Assembly: GCA_977018835.1 (NCBI GenBank)
Contig: OZ361256.1
Span: 1,922,001-1,986,000, forward strand
Source: Minutocellus sp. GHC0000111
Taxonomy: Eukaryota
DNA: 64,000 bases
Direction of reading: 5' to 3'
Shown here: piece after piece, positions 12,638 to 25,461 of the stretch
Layout: each line of letters begins with the position of its first letter
Numbering within the stretch: position 1 is the stretch's first letter
The notes under the pieces: generated by a model
Seen by the model: only the letters and a program-made list of their open reading frames with translations
What the model was told of the DNA's origin: nothing
The model's database searches: none
Made by a program: the position numbers and the translations under genes

Positions 12638-15600
12638 TTACGGGTTGCCGCCCGTCTCTGCACATTCGGCATGGTTGGAGGTATAATGACTGTTCAACCC
12701 AGGATGCATCACTTCATATTGCGGTTCGCACTGGTGCGAAGGAAGCGACATGACGCGAACACTAATAGTTTCCCCAGGCATCATGGTGTACATTGTGCAG
12801 GCCGTAGACGGAATGTAGGTCTTGGTTCCGTTGATTGTATAGTCAATGCCATTGACGTAGGTGATGCAAGCGAGCCACTCGACTCCTTCCGGGTCAGTAA
12901 TGTACAATTCTAGCTCAACACAAACTGTAGTGCAAAGAGGGACTGTCCAGCTGCGAATGTCAAGAGCATCGTCGTGACTTGTAAAGTTCATGGCCTTGCA
13001 GAACGTGTTGCAATTCGTGGCGTTCGGGAGTGGGACAGAAGGGACGTCGGAGGGATACGTGGCATCCTAAGAGAGATTTTCGATTAAAATGAGAGGATAT
13101 CGATTGTTAGGGCACGATGTGGATCGACAGATCTTGAGAGAAGAGCCCAGAAAAAATCAAGAGGACTGCCAAGACCGCCCAATGCGTCCATAAAATTAAC
13201 TTAGGTAGTCTCGTGCTTTTCCCGTGGACATCTCGAGCGCGAGGACAAGCAAAGCATGTTAAACAAAGGAGCTGGAATCAGGAGAATCATCCCTTTAAAA
13301 AAGTCTCACCTGGAAGGCCTTGAACTGGGTTGTACTGTGGGTTCTATCGAAGGTACCAAGGAAGGAGTCTCGCTCGCTGCCGACGGCACCAAGGAAGGAG
13401 ATCCGCTTGGCTTTGTCGTAGGTTCTGTCGAAGGTCTTGACGAGGGCATTTCGCTGGCTGCCGATGGAACCAAGGAGGGAGATCCGCTTGGATCCGCGCT
13501 TGGAACTGTTGTCGGAGCATCCGTAATGATTGCCATGAAGTTGGGACAGGTATAGTAACCACCGCCCTTATCGATCTCAATGTGCGTTGTGTTGGTGTAC
13601 CAGCCCCCCACCCACACAGCGTTACTGATCTTGGCCTGTGAACTGTTTGGATCTATGGTGAGCCAATATCCAGTGAAGTAGTTTTCATTGGAATAGGCCG
13701 CACCGTTCGTAATGAGGGCATTGTCGATGTATGGACCCTGCGGATAAGGTTCCGGCGGAGGATTACCACCTCCACTGCTCTTGAGATATCCCGCAAGGTG
13801 GAAGAAATTTCCTGGCGAGAGTCCCCCCTGGGGGATGATCGTGTTGCCGTCCTTAAAATCTACCTCGTTGGCATATCCATTGGCCTTGTTCCAGCGCCAG
13901 ACGAAAATGTCCGAAGCATCACTCGTAATTGAGATAGGATCTTGAATCGTAATGTCGCCCCCCGTTACGTCAATTATGTATGTCTCACTGATACCATTCT
14001 GCGTGTTGAGATTGTTGACATCGGTGGATGGGTCAGAGGTGGTGATGTGATATGATGGGTCCACCGCGAGACTATCAATCTGAGCGACTGCGGCGTCGAA
14101 GTCAGAAGTTAGTTGAGTGGCCATAGTTGTTTGCCCGTCGGCGCCAGTCGCTTGACCAACATTGTTATCAATAATCGTCTGGAAGTCGGTCAGACTTGGG
14201 TGGACTGTAACAATTTCGCCTGCATAGGGGACTGTACCAGAGGTCTCCTCTTTCGCACTGGGAACGTTGGAGAAAGTGTCACCGACAAAACCCTTGCTAG
14301 TTCCAGCTATTTTTGCCTTGCTTGTACCATCTTCAAAGAAGAAGAGATAGCGAGTTAAACCTCCCAAGTTGATGAGCTCGGTGCCGAATTCGCCAGTCTG
14401 TGCTGGACAGCAAACGGAGATGGAGGATGTCAATGCATCTCGACTCTCAAAGTCGGTACTAGTCCCGAGGCTGCCAGAAACTGACCCCGACGCGGTGACG
14501 GCGTTATACGTTTCAGGGATCTCGTGGCAAGGATCGATTTTGATCTGATATGTGATTTCCAAAGCAGAATTTGGTCCAAGAGTAACGTCGGTGAGGTTGT
14601 GACAACCGTTTAATTGAAACGGATCTCCAGCCGTACCATCTGCGATTGGGATTTCTGTTCCATTACCCGGATCATATGTCATTGTATTCGATTGATAGGT
14701 AGATTCTCCATCAAGAGTCTCGCATATAGTCAAATCATCGATGTTTGCATTTCCTGTGTTGGTCACACGGATCACGCACTCTAGTGTATCTCCAGGGGAG
14801 AGGACTCCATTTCCATCGGCATCAACCTCAACAGTACATGTTTTAAGAGCCTCGAGTATAGGCAACGGCAGAACGATCGTGCCCATATCAAGCATTTTCG
14901 ATTGGCTCTACCACTTCCAATATCGGTGACCTGCCCCCATGCAACGGCAATCGTATTGGAATCGCCGTTAGTATCTGTGGCAAAAAGCGTGGCGCCGCTG
15001 AAATCTTGATCCGGATCTGTCAGCTGAAGCGATTGCATGGCATTGATAGAAGTCGTTGTATCGACTATGCCATCACTGCATTGATAGAAGTCGTTGTATC
15101 GACTATGCCATCACTGTCGTAATCGATGTGAATTGTTCCATCAGCGGCGGCAGTCACCCACAAGGGGCTGTACTGCATTTCAGTACCACAGTCGTTGTTG
15201 GTGCAGGCATACGCAAGGCCAATCAGCACTTTCGACGTCATCAGAGTTCCTGGCAGAAGTGGGTGGCCCCAGTCTGAAGTAGAACCACCGCCGGAATTAT
15301 CAGTTTGCGTTATACCGAAGAACTTATCGCCGGAAGTTTGAGAGAATAAACGATATCCACTACCGTTGCTCAGTGTAAAGGAGGCGATACCACCTCCGGC
15401 TGGGATGGTAATACTTCCAGCATTGATACCATTGACATCCTCCCACTTGATGGTCATCGCTGTGGCTTGGTCCTCTGTAGTAGTCAGAATTACTCGTGTA
15501 TCAGCGTCGCCAACTGGTGTCCAATATTCCTCCGCCCAGAGACTGACGGGGAGGAGCGAGTACCATCTCATTTCGTAGCGCGATCCTTTGTCGCCAGTGA

Positions 15601-16438
15601 TGGCAGCCGCCTGGACGGGCTTGCTGGTGGTAAATGAACGGTCGATCATATGAAACCCATCGAGCCGAAGAGATTGTCCAGCGTCCAGAGTGTACGTCGT
15701 TGCAATGTTTGTTCCGGTATCCGTGTTTACACCATCGGGCCGTCCTACCGCATCCAATCCATCTGGAACGGTTACGATGGTGCCATCCTCATTTGCCATA
15801 AGCAAAACATCCGTCGCCTCGAAGGAAACATGCGGATCGAGGGTTGTTCCCATGTCAGTGGCGATTGGAAGACGAAAACTCGTACCGAAGGCGTAGTCCG
15901 TGGACTGAACTTCGACTGCGCCAGCCATGAGCGATCCGGGAACGCTCGGATATCCTCCACGGGTGATGGCGATGGGAAAGTTTGAGGCGATTTTGTCAGA
16001 ACCATCGTAGAGGAAATTGCCGTTCGCGTCGCGCGTAGTGGTAAGGCGGGGGACGGGCACGTCGTTCTGGATGACAATGGCCGTGCCAGGTTGGAGAATG
16101 TCGGCGGCATCGGTGCACGTCACTACATCGGGAGCACACCCATTCGAGGCCAGTCCATCTCCCCAGATTTCCGTGTCGGTGCTCACGGGGGCCAACATGT
16201 TGGGCTCATAGCCGTCGACCCATATTATCGTGCCAGCGGCAGCAACGGATATGGAAGTGAGAGACGTCACCGGACTCGCAGCTTCAGAATTGACGATTTG
16301 GAACGAATTCAACAGATGATCTTCAGACAAAGGAAGATAATACGTCTGAACCGGCACATTGGCCAGCACAACTGGCACCAATGCAGCAGAGATGAGCAGC
16401 ACAAACAGGAGGACATGCATGTGTGTGGAAATCATCAT
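12638..16438 (-). pseudogene. large secreted multidomain protein (bacterial-like N-terminal domain, DUF11-like module, PSxxPS repeats), frameshifted
   Basis: Signal peptide; DADGNGVLSPGDTLECVIRVTNTGN DUF11-like motif; frame broken by a 38-bp tandem duplication (15040-15115) and again near 14900; 3' exon structure unresolved. Confidence 0.65.
15040..15115. repeat. perfect 38-bp tandem duplication
   Basis: gcattgatagaagtcgttgtatcgactatgccatcact x2. Confidence 0.95.
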
Positions 16439-17191
16439 CGCTCTCAGGTCTCATTCATCTTGTGTGTACCGTGAGTGGTGGGTTTGTTGTGGGCGAGATG
16501 CGGGCGCCATGTATGTACTAGTATGGGTTTGCTGGGTTTACTTGTATTTACATGCGTTGGAAGTGAAATGTATTTTTAGGAGGCTAAATTGTGAGCATTG
16601 GTACCGCGGGAAACTGCGGGAAAACAAAAGCCTGAATGTAGGCCTCAGATGGCTTGAAGGCCTACAAATCAGGGTCATTTACTCGAGAAATTGTAATTTT
16701 ATTGCCTCACACGAGCAACGATGTGTTTTTGCTAAAGTTTCTCAACTGATGCAAATACGTGGCTATTGTATGAAATTGGTGAAAAAACCTAGACAGATTA
16801 GACCACAGAAAGTCACAAATAAACGGGAATTCTTCAGAAAGTCGAATTTGTTTTCTTTAACTATTCTTTATGACATCAAAAAGAAGTTAAATTTCGACGA
16901 CGAATTGACAACACCCCGAATCCTATTTAATGAGATCACTCTCATCTTTTGAGACTCGACTTGGAGTATGCAGGCATTTCATTAGTGCTGTTGATTCTGA
17001 GGGTTATACGAGTATGGAATTTTCTTGACCTTTCCTTGTTTGAACCCCCTGTTTTTCTGTAGGCCTAGAGCCCATCTGGGGTTTCGCGTCGCGCGTGTGC
17101 GTCAGCCGCCTTGATGGTGGGCGATGCCGATGGGCGATGGCCGCTTGGCACATTCGCCCTTCTCCTTGCCACATAATAGCTATCGACGAGA

Positions 17192-18440
17192 ATGAGTTGC
17201 GATTGGAAGAGCCGATCCTCGCGGCGTTTGTCTGCGCATACCATTAGCGCACGCCTATTCTTGCCACTTGCGATAGCACTGATCAATAGCCGGAGATCAA
17301 GCGCATTCGTTCCTTCGCCGACTTGTTCCTCCCGCAACATTCAAATAGAGCGCGGCAACTTGAATAAAAAATTCCAACGATCGAATGATTCATTCCTCTT
17401 TTCCTCGGTTTTGGACGGGGCCGTTTCTGGTGAGAACGACGAGGGGCGAGTCCACTCCACCATGCACCCGACGTCTTACATTGTGTCGTACGACGGTGCC
17501 ATTGCAAGCAACGCAAGAGAAAGATGTCGTCTGTGCCTCGGCATTGCCCTCGATGTATGGCCAAAGCTGTGCTACACACTCGGAACTCAAAATACGAGTG
17601 GTACCACAGGTAACGATGACGGCGACGAACAATGGACGTGGGTGCTGAATAAAATGGAAGCGCTAATTGCCGCGATGAGCAATGACGGCACTGATAAAGA
17701 CGGACTGTCTGTTATGGTTGATCTCGTGATGTTGGCCCGAGTGATACTGGAAGAGCAGCGGTTAGATGATGGTCGAAACAGTGGCCGGGGTGGAAAATAT
17801 GGCGGCAAGTATCATCCGCAACAGCAGCAGCAAAAGATGCCGTCATCGCCAACTCCCGTTGGAAGTAGACCCCTTACGGTCGGCGAGATTGCTGCCAACT
17901 GGCTAGACGGAGGCCATTTGAGAGATACGGTCCGAGTGAAATATAATGTCGACAAGAAGGATCCCTTTCCAATCATACGACAGCATATTATCGAGGCAAT
18001 GTCCAATGCCGAGGACGGTCTGGTTACCAAGGGTTCAGCAAACAGATTTACCGGATCGAACCAGCTTTTCAATTTGATGCAAACATTTGACGACGACGCA
18101 ATTTTTATTATTGGACCATGGCTGTCGAAAATTAGAAGCGATGGATTTCATCAAAGATAACTTTGCAGGGAGCACGCCGTGCAAAATAATTGCACCATCG
18201 GCAGGTGGAGAATCTGAGCTTGACATTCTCAAGTCGCTGATATTCAATGTCGATGATAGCGACGTTCCAAAGAGAATCTGCATCATTCACAATTCGCTTT
18301 CCTTGCTCCAGCGGCTCAAGAGATTACTGGGAGGGGATAGTCCTCGTTTGCAAGGGGGATATGAGAAAATACCAAATACCTCGGTAGAGATTGGACAGGA
18401 TCTTTTGACGCAAGTCATGCAAGATACCGCGCCGCATTAG
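17192..18440 (+). CDS. putative plastid-targeted HAD-like hypothetical protein, apparent 1-bp frameshift near 18116
   Basis: SSA-FVP presequence; IVSYDGAIAS resembles HAD motif I; the frame continues in ORF 18087-18440. Confidence 0.5.
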
Positions 18441-18537
18441 CAGATGCGGCCTTCACTGATTGCCTACTCTCAGTGCATATCTTCGAGGGACTGGGTTCCA
18501 GCTACGGACGCTCCTTCCAATACTAGGAATTGCAAGC

Positions 18538-20368
18538 ATGAGATTCTCTTTGTCGTCGTCAGCTGTGCTCTTGTCGCTCGTCACAGGAGCTGTTGTCGGA
18601 ATAGATCCCGCCGGAGAGTCGTCGACCGGCAGCGCATTCCGTTCCGCCAATAAGAACAAAGAGAAAGTTGCTTCTGCACCTATTGCCAACGATGGTCTTC
18701 GCCGTGGCCTTAGCCGTGATCAGCATGTTCAAGAAGGGGACGCGGCGACGAAGCACCGTCATTTGCAGAAGGAGGATAAAGAGAACAAGGATGCTGAAGT
18801 AGAGCCGACAGGTCAGCCGACTCTCCTCATCACAGCCATCCGCGAGGGGGACGAGTCCAACGCGACTGAAACGATAATGCCCGGCGGTGATCGTGATTCC
18901 AACGGATGCATTCCCAGTGCTGGATATCAGTGGTGCCCCAGTCTCGCTGAATGCATCCGCCCGTGGGAGACTGATTGTCCCATGTCGATGCCAGAGCTAC
19001 TCTGTAGCCAGTCTGGTGGTACCGTCGTCAAAAGTCAGGTTTGCATCGGCACCGGCGACTTTCCCCAGGAATGTGTCGGGGCAGTTGAAGATGATGCTGT
19101 CCCAACAATGATGCCAAAGGAGCCAACTGTGATGCCCACTGCTATCGTAGCTGATACGATGTCTCCCACTTCCACCACGACCGAGGCCGATCCTCCTACT
19201 GCCGATGCGACAGATCCAGACTTTGTTCCCGACGCGGAGACCATGTCACCCACTATGGACAGCTCGGCCGAAACGGCCAGCCCCACCATCGGTGAGTTCA
19301 TTGTCAACCAGCCGACAGCTGAGACCGTCGAGCCTAGCCCCGACCTTGGCCTGGAGGAACCAACCTCCGAGCCCGAAGAGAGTTCAGTCGAACCTACCGC
19401 CACACCCACGCCTACCGTGACCAGTGGAGGGCGGTGTAAGCTGCAAGACAACGAGACCACAGAGGCTACCTTCGACCCAACCACGGAGGAACCACCGGTC
19501 ACTTTCGAACCGACTTCAGAGACGGTAAGGCGGCAGAGAACATATTTGTGAAAATATATTGGATAGTCTCCTCATATGTTGATGGCATACATTCAGCTCA
19601 TATTTCACTTCTTCAACAATCAAAGTCTACTGATCCACCTACCGATATCGCTGAAGATGCTGGTCTGGAACCTACCGACGCCCCCACCGATGTAGCAGAG
19701 AATGCCGGCATGGAACCGACTGATGCACCTACGGATGTAGCCGAGGATGCCGGCATGGAACCCACCGGCTCTCCCACTGACGTAGTCGAGGAGAACGCCG
19801 CCGAGCCGACGGCGGGTCCCACCGATGTTGCTGAGGGAGAAGCAATCGTCTCAGATCCTCCCGTGGCCGCCCCAACGGTAGTAGAAGACGCCAGTGGTCC
19901 GAGCTGGTCCAGTAAGTACAATTGCAAGGTGCAACTAGCAAGTAGAAATGATTTGTGCCACCCAGTATTCATTTGCAACATATATCTCAAAATCGGTTTG
20001 CTCAATCTATATGGTGTTCAAATAATTCTTTCTCCTTTGTCTTGAACGCACATTCTACTTGTTCAGGCTGCCCAACCGAAGAGAGCGAGGAGGCCAATAT
20101 CTGCCAGTGCCCCTCTGGAACTTGCTTCGACCCCGAGCTTGGGTGTGTTTCCACAGGAGAAGAAACCAAGGAACCTACGTCAATGCCGTCGACAGAGGAG
20201 CCTACTGACATGCCGACATTTGTCCTGACTGGAGAAGGAAGCGAGTTGGGCGAAGGAGATGGCAGCAGAGAGCTTCCTACGAGCGGTGGTTCGGAAATCG
20301 CCATGATGTCTGTTCTTCCTGGCTTTGTAGGCATCATCGTCGTCCTTTTCGGAGAATTTTACATGTAA
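18538..20368 (+). CDS. secreted or membrane-anchored Pro/Thr/Glu-rich surface protein with two introns
   Basis: Signal peptide, GGDRDSNGCIPSAGYQWC motif, EPTDAPTD repeats, C-terminal hydrophobic tail; GT donors near 19525 and 19912. Confidence 0.65.
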
Positions 20369-20586
20369 AACGGTTCCGAAGCCAATGTGAATTCATAGCT
20401 CATATTCCTTCATAACATATTTGTGTGGCGTGCGGTAGGGCTATGCTCGCATCTCATCACTAACCTCCGCAGCAACGATGTGCCACTAGATCTAGTAGAT
20501 GTCAAACGAATAGCAAATAAATAATATCTGAAGACTGAATAGACATCTACCTACATGTATATATATATATATATATAATATATATA

Positions 20587-21118
20587 TGCTAGTCCCAAAA
20601 TGCGCACTGTCCCAGTTCGCGAACTGGGATCCCAGTTTGCGAACTAGGATTTATTTATCCCAGTTTGGAAACTGGGATCATAGGCACAATCTCAGTTTGC
20701 AAACTGGGATCAATCGAGAAATAATGAATATTTAGCATGGATGATATCGCCTTTGCTTCTCCTCGCTTCATTTTTTAATTTGCAAATTCAAGATGTGATG
20801 CACAGTGCAACTTGTATTGTAGATAGATCTACCAGTACATGTACAAAATAGTCGTTGTGCATGAGCCAACACCGGCGCGGCAGTTACCATTCTGGCACTT
20901 GCCGAGAACACCAGTTTCCAAACTGGTATTCATTTTTGTTCCAGTTCGCGAACTCGTCTGGTTCCCAAATTCGGATTGGCGTGTTTATCTCAGTTTCCAT
21001 TCTGGTAGTATCAGTGCGCAAACTGAGATCCTAGTTTGGGAACTGGGGCCCAGTGCGCAAACTGGGATAAATGAATCCCAGTTCGCGAACTGGGACAGTG
21101 CGCATTTTGGGACTAACA
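20587..21118. mobile_element. MITE / non-autonomous TIR element inserted in a (TA)n tract
   Basis: Perfect 41-bp inverted repeats at 20590-20630 and 21075-21115, extendable by 3 bp with 1 mismatch; flanked by TATA; no credible coding capacity. Confidence 0.92.
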
Positions 21119-21251
21119 TATACATTAACGGTGATTACAATTGCATCTACTTATAATTCGACACATGGCAACCACGTGATTGAAGTTTTAACAATAGCAT
21201 GCGAAATCAATTCTGATAGGGTATTTTCCACTGCAACTATCGCTATCTCAA

Positions 21252-22266
21252 TCAACCAACATTCTTATTCGATCGTTTGCAGAAGCAAACGAAGCAGGGG
21301 AGCAGAATTACAAATACTGCAACACCCAAAACAATCGCCGCCCATCGGGGCATAACGCCAATCGTTTCCGGTGGAGCGTTCTTGACGTTGGTCTCGGCAA
21401 TAACCTCGACGCCCTCCTCGTTAGCGACGGTCATGTTGAAGCAGGTTGTGTCAACGTCGTGGTAGCATTTGTATTCTTCCTCTCCCCAAACTGCCTTGAG
21501 GCGGCGAGTACGGCCACAGCGTTCCTTATAGAATCCATACTTACTGGGATTCTGGGATAATCTCATGATGTTGAAAATGAAACACATGGACAAATGTATG
21601 TGAGATGTGACATGAAACATTTGTAATTCCTTAAAATATCAAAGAGCCACCCAAATGAACTGCCATTTGAGCCATTTCTAGTACCAAACGTACCCTACGG
21701 CACTGACTTTGAAATCTTATCTATCCAAAATCACTCACCTTGATGTAATAGTCCTGATGGTATCCCTCGGCAGTCCAGAACTTGGGGCGCTCGAGATTTG
21801 GAACTGCAATCTCATCGAGGGTCCAATTATTCGCCGCCAGCACTTCCTCTCGAACTCGATCGGCAATCTCCTTCTCCTCTTGGTTGGCATAGAATATCGC
21901 GGGTCGGTACGAGGTGCCCTTGTCGCAGAACTGACCAATCCCATCGAAGGGGTCGAGGTTGCGCCACGCATAGTTCACAATTAGTTCGTACGAAGTAAGT
22001 TTCGGGTCGTACTCAACGAGGACAACCTCGTAGTGACCGGGGTGGTTGCGATAGGTGGGATTGTCGTTCGTACCACCAGCATAGCCACTTACAGCCTCGA
22101 CGACACCCGGGGCGAACTGCTCGAAGGCCTGCTCGCCGCACCAAAAGCAACCGACAGCGCAGAGCATTGATTTGTGGCCTTGTTGGACGGTGTAGTCGTC
22201 GGCCAGGACTGACGACGGCATTTGTGTCATGGCCAGCGACAAGAGGAGCAATACCGAGTGCACCAT
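21252..22266 (-). CDS. msrA: peptide methionine sulfoxide reductase A with signal peptide and C-terminal TM helix; complement(join(21252..21551,21739..22266))
   Basis: GCFWC, VSGYAGG, GQFCDKGTSYRPAIF and AEGYHQDYY motifs; phase-0 GT-AG intron. Confidence 0.92.
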
Positions 22267-22577
22267 GGCGGCGGGAGAAAGAAAATGGCAATCAAACATC
22301 ATCTTACTGTGATGTGATTCATCTGCCCATTCTCTTCGCTTCGCCACGGCTTTGCTGTGCTTTCGGCGTCGGCCGAATGCCGAGAAATGGCTTGGGCAGT
22401 TTTCGGTCAACTCTTAGCATTCGAAAACTGCCATTGTATGATCGTATCTTTATGACGAGACGTGAAGTGGCACTACAGGGACTATCGCGAATTCAAGAAG
22501 CGCGCACCTGATGGCGGAATGCGGGTAAACTCTGCTGCTGCCTCAGACATTTATGTACGATCGAGTCGAAGCCAACC

Positions 22578-25221
22578 ATGACGGCAAGTACCATGGTAGA
22601 TCGGCGGCAGGGGCGCCGCCGTCCTCGTCCATTTCCAATCATCTCGCATTCAAATGCACTCGCTATTCTCACGGTATGCGCTCTGGGCAGCATCCATTCG
22701 CCAGCGACGGCTGACCCGATGATTCCCTCAGCTCACCTCAAGCACAACCATCTGGCCAGGTCCGCATCGAACAAGCCCTTCAAGAAGACACACGCAGAGC
22801 GGATGGCCTATCGAACGCGGCAGTGGAAGGAATATCACTCGGAATCCTATTCCGGAGCGCCGCCTGCTGATTATGGCGGGGAGCATCCCTTTGAGGTAAT
22901 GGCGGCTGCGGAAGCAGGAGCGCACAAAGAACAACAAAGAAGCGCCAAATCAGACACCACCACCGCCACCCACAAAAGACCTCAGCTACGTTCTAGAGGA
23001 TTGCTTCAGGGAGGTACTTATCCTGATGCATGGTACGACGAAAGCTGGAATCTCGACGCCAATCCTGCCGATTGGTACCCCACCGGCTCTGACGCTGACA
23101 ATCGGCACAACTTTGAGAATTACAAGCCCATCCGAATCGGTCTCAACTTTGACAACCTTCCGTCGGACAGTGCATCGTCCGATAAGAATCGTTTTGTGGA
23201 GAATCAAGTGATGCGCGTCGCCCAACAGTTCTGGACCAAGGCTTTGAATGTGTATCCTGCCAAGAACATTCGCGTTGATCCAGAGTACTGCGAGAATCTG
23301 CCACCACCCAATCACAAGAGCGATGGAGTCGACGACACAGATCTAATGCTGTACATATACGCCGAAAACTTCTGTGGCGGTGGGCAGATGGCCGCCGCTG
23401 CTGGCTGTTCGTGGGATCAGTTTAATAGGCCCGTGGCCGGTATTGTTCGATTTTGCTACGATAGTATCAACTTACAGCCAGATGGTACTGCCGACGAAAC
23501 GACGATTATGACCAACGTTGAAACTGCAATACACGAGGTGAGTTGGTTTGTATATTATGAGTACTTTATCCTGCTTCTCTTGATCGCTTATTCTAACACT
23601 TATCTCACTTGGTATCTCTGCATCAACGCTAATCTAGGTCGGACACGTCCTTGGCCTGAAGAGCGACGAAATGGCCTTTTACTACGATCATGCTACCGGC
23701 AAACCAAGGAACGACAATATTGATATCACTCAAGGGTTTGAGTGCCTGGATGGCACCAGAAAGGATGTCAATGTACCGAGCGAGAACACGCTCCGAAAAG
23801 GCCAAACGCCTTCTGGCATCGAATACTACGAGGTCGTTACTCCAACTGTAAAGCAGATTGCGCGCAATCACTTCAACTGTCCCACAATGGAAGGTATTCG
23901 CATCGAGAATCAGCCGACGAATTCCGAGGACTGTTTCGGTAGTCACTTTGAGGAGCGTTTGCTTTGGAATGGGTTGCTGACCGCTCTGGCAGAAACTGCC
24001 CATATTCGTCAGCATCTCACTGCCTTTACTCTCGGCCTTCTTGAAGATACGGGTTGGTACAAGCCTAACTATTCGTTGTCTGAAAATATTGGATTCGGGT
24101 TGGGAGCCTGCTGCGACTTTGTCGAGAAGGACTGTATTGAGGACGGCGAAATCAACCCACCATTTGACGAATATTTCTGCAACACCCAAGACACTCGCAC
24201 TACATTTGGCTGTGATCCAGATCGTTCCATGATTGCGGTATGTGACATGGTCGATGTGACAAAGCAGGATGGCCTATCCGAGGCTTTCATGGACATTCCA
24301 GAAGCCATGGAATATTTCTCAGACGAGAATCTTGGGTCGCTGAATCCTCAACCAGACTACTGCCCAATCTTTTCCCAATACATTGGCCTGTCATGCCGAG
24401 AAGAACCCAAGGCGCCGGGATTTACCCAAGATAAGTGGTTTGATGGAGAAGCGTTCGCTGAAGGTTCAAGGTGCTACGAAAGCAACTTCCAGCGTCCTTT
24501 ATGTCTAGAAACTGTCTGCAACGCTGATACGTTCAAAATTGACCTCGTCGTTAATGGAGAAACAAAAACCTGTGAATTCGATGGGGAAGAGATAGCCATG
24601 TCAGACGAGTATCATGTCGTCTGTCCTCGTTTTGCGACTATGTGTCCCAACCTGGTTTGCCCATCGAGCTGTGCTGGACAAGGCGAGTGTATGTGGGAGG
24701 AAGATATTCCCTACTGCAAGTGCTTTGATTCAGGATTGGACAGTGCCAATTGCAATGATATGCCGCCTGGGCCTAGGTCTGGAACCGTTGCAATTCAGTC
24801 CGACCCCGGAAGCACTGTTGATGGCGACGCCATTGTCGGTGAACTCATCAAGTGCGCCGGCTCTGGCGACATGAGCGCAATCAGAGAATGCGCAATCAAC
24901 GTCATCAATGATTCGGACTTGGACGAGGCTACGAAGGGTAATCTCGCTGCCTGCGAATCCGAACAGGGGAGCATCGAGATGCTGGCCTGTGTGCGATCGG
25001 CGCTTGAAAATATGCCGGCAGACGACGAGCCTGACACCGAGCCCGGCGCTGTGGTCATTAGTAGCAACGGAGACTTGGTTGTCCCAGGCCACACAAAATC
25101 AGAACAATTTGTCAAATGCCAGCCCTGGTGCAGTACCATCCCCAACGAGTGGGAAGAAAAGTGCAGCTGGAAGGTTTCATGTGGCAAATGCGAAGAATGT
25201 GAGCTGCGTACTACCGAATGA
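22578..25221 (+). CDS. leishmanolysin-like zinc metallopeptidase (M8); join(22578..23537,23638..25221)
   Basis: HE|VGHVLG rebuilt across the intron; WDQFNRPVAG, GSHFEER and LEDTGWY motifs; Cys-rich C-terminus. Confidence 0.92.
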
Positions 25222-25461
25222 AGCACTTTACATGACATGTAGGTAGCATGCCAATTACATATGCCATTTACAGGGGTAAATTCAATAATAATATGATACA
25301 TCAATTCAATCAAACTTTTCTACGTATACGCTTTACACCTTCCATCGGAGCGCGTCAACACCCAGACTTCGCCCCCTTGCTTCTTGTTGTCATATTCGGT
25401 GTTGTTCTCAATCCTCCTACAAGCATCAGCCATCCACCCATATATATTCTCACAGATCAAC

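Noticed and set aside
16631..16673. Hairpin cctgaatgtaggcct..aggcctacaaatcagg in an AT-rich intergenic region as a TE end
   Set aside because: No partner TIR or target duplication found; could be a remnant but is unsupported
20590..21115. Palindromic repeats as a CRISPR array
   Set aside because: Eukaryotic context, irregular spacing, no unique spacers of constant length, bounded by TIRs
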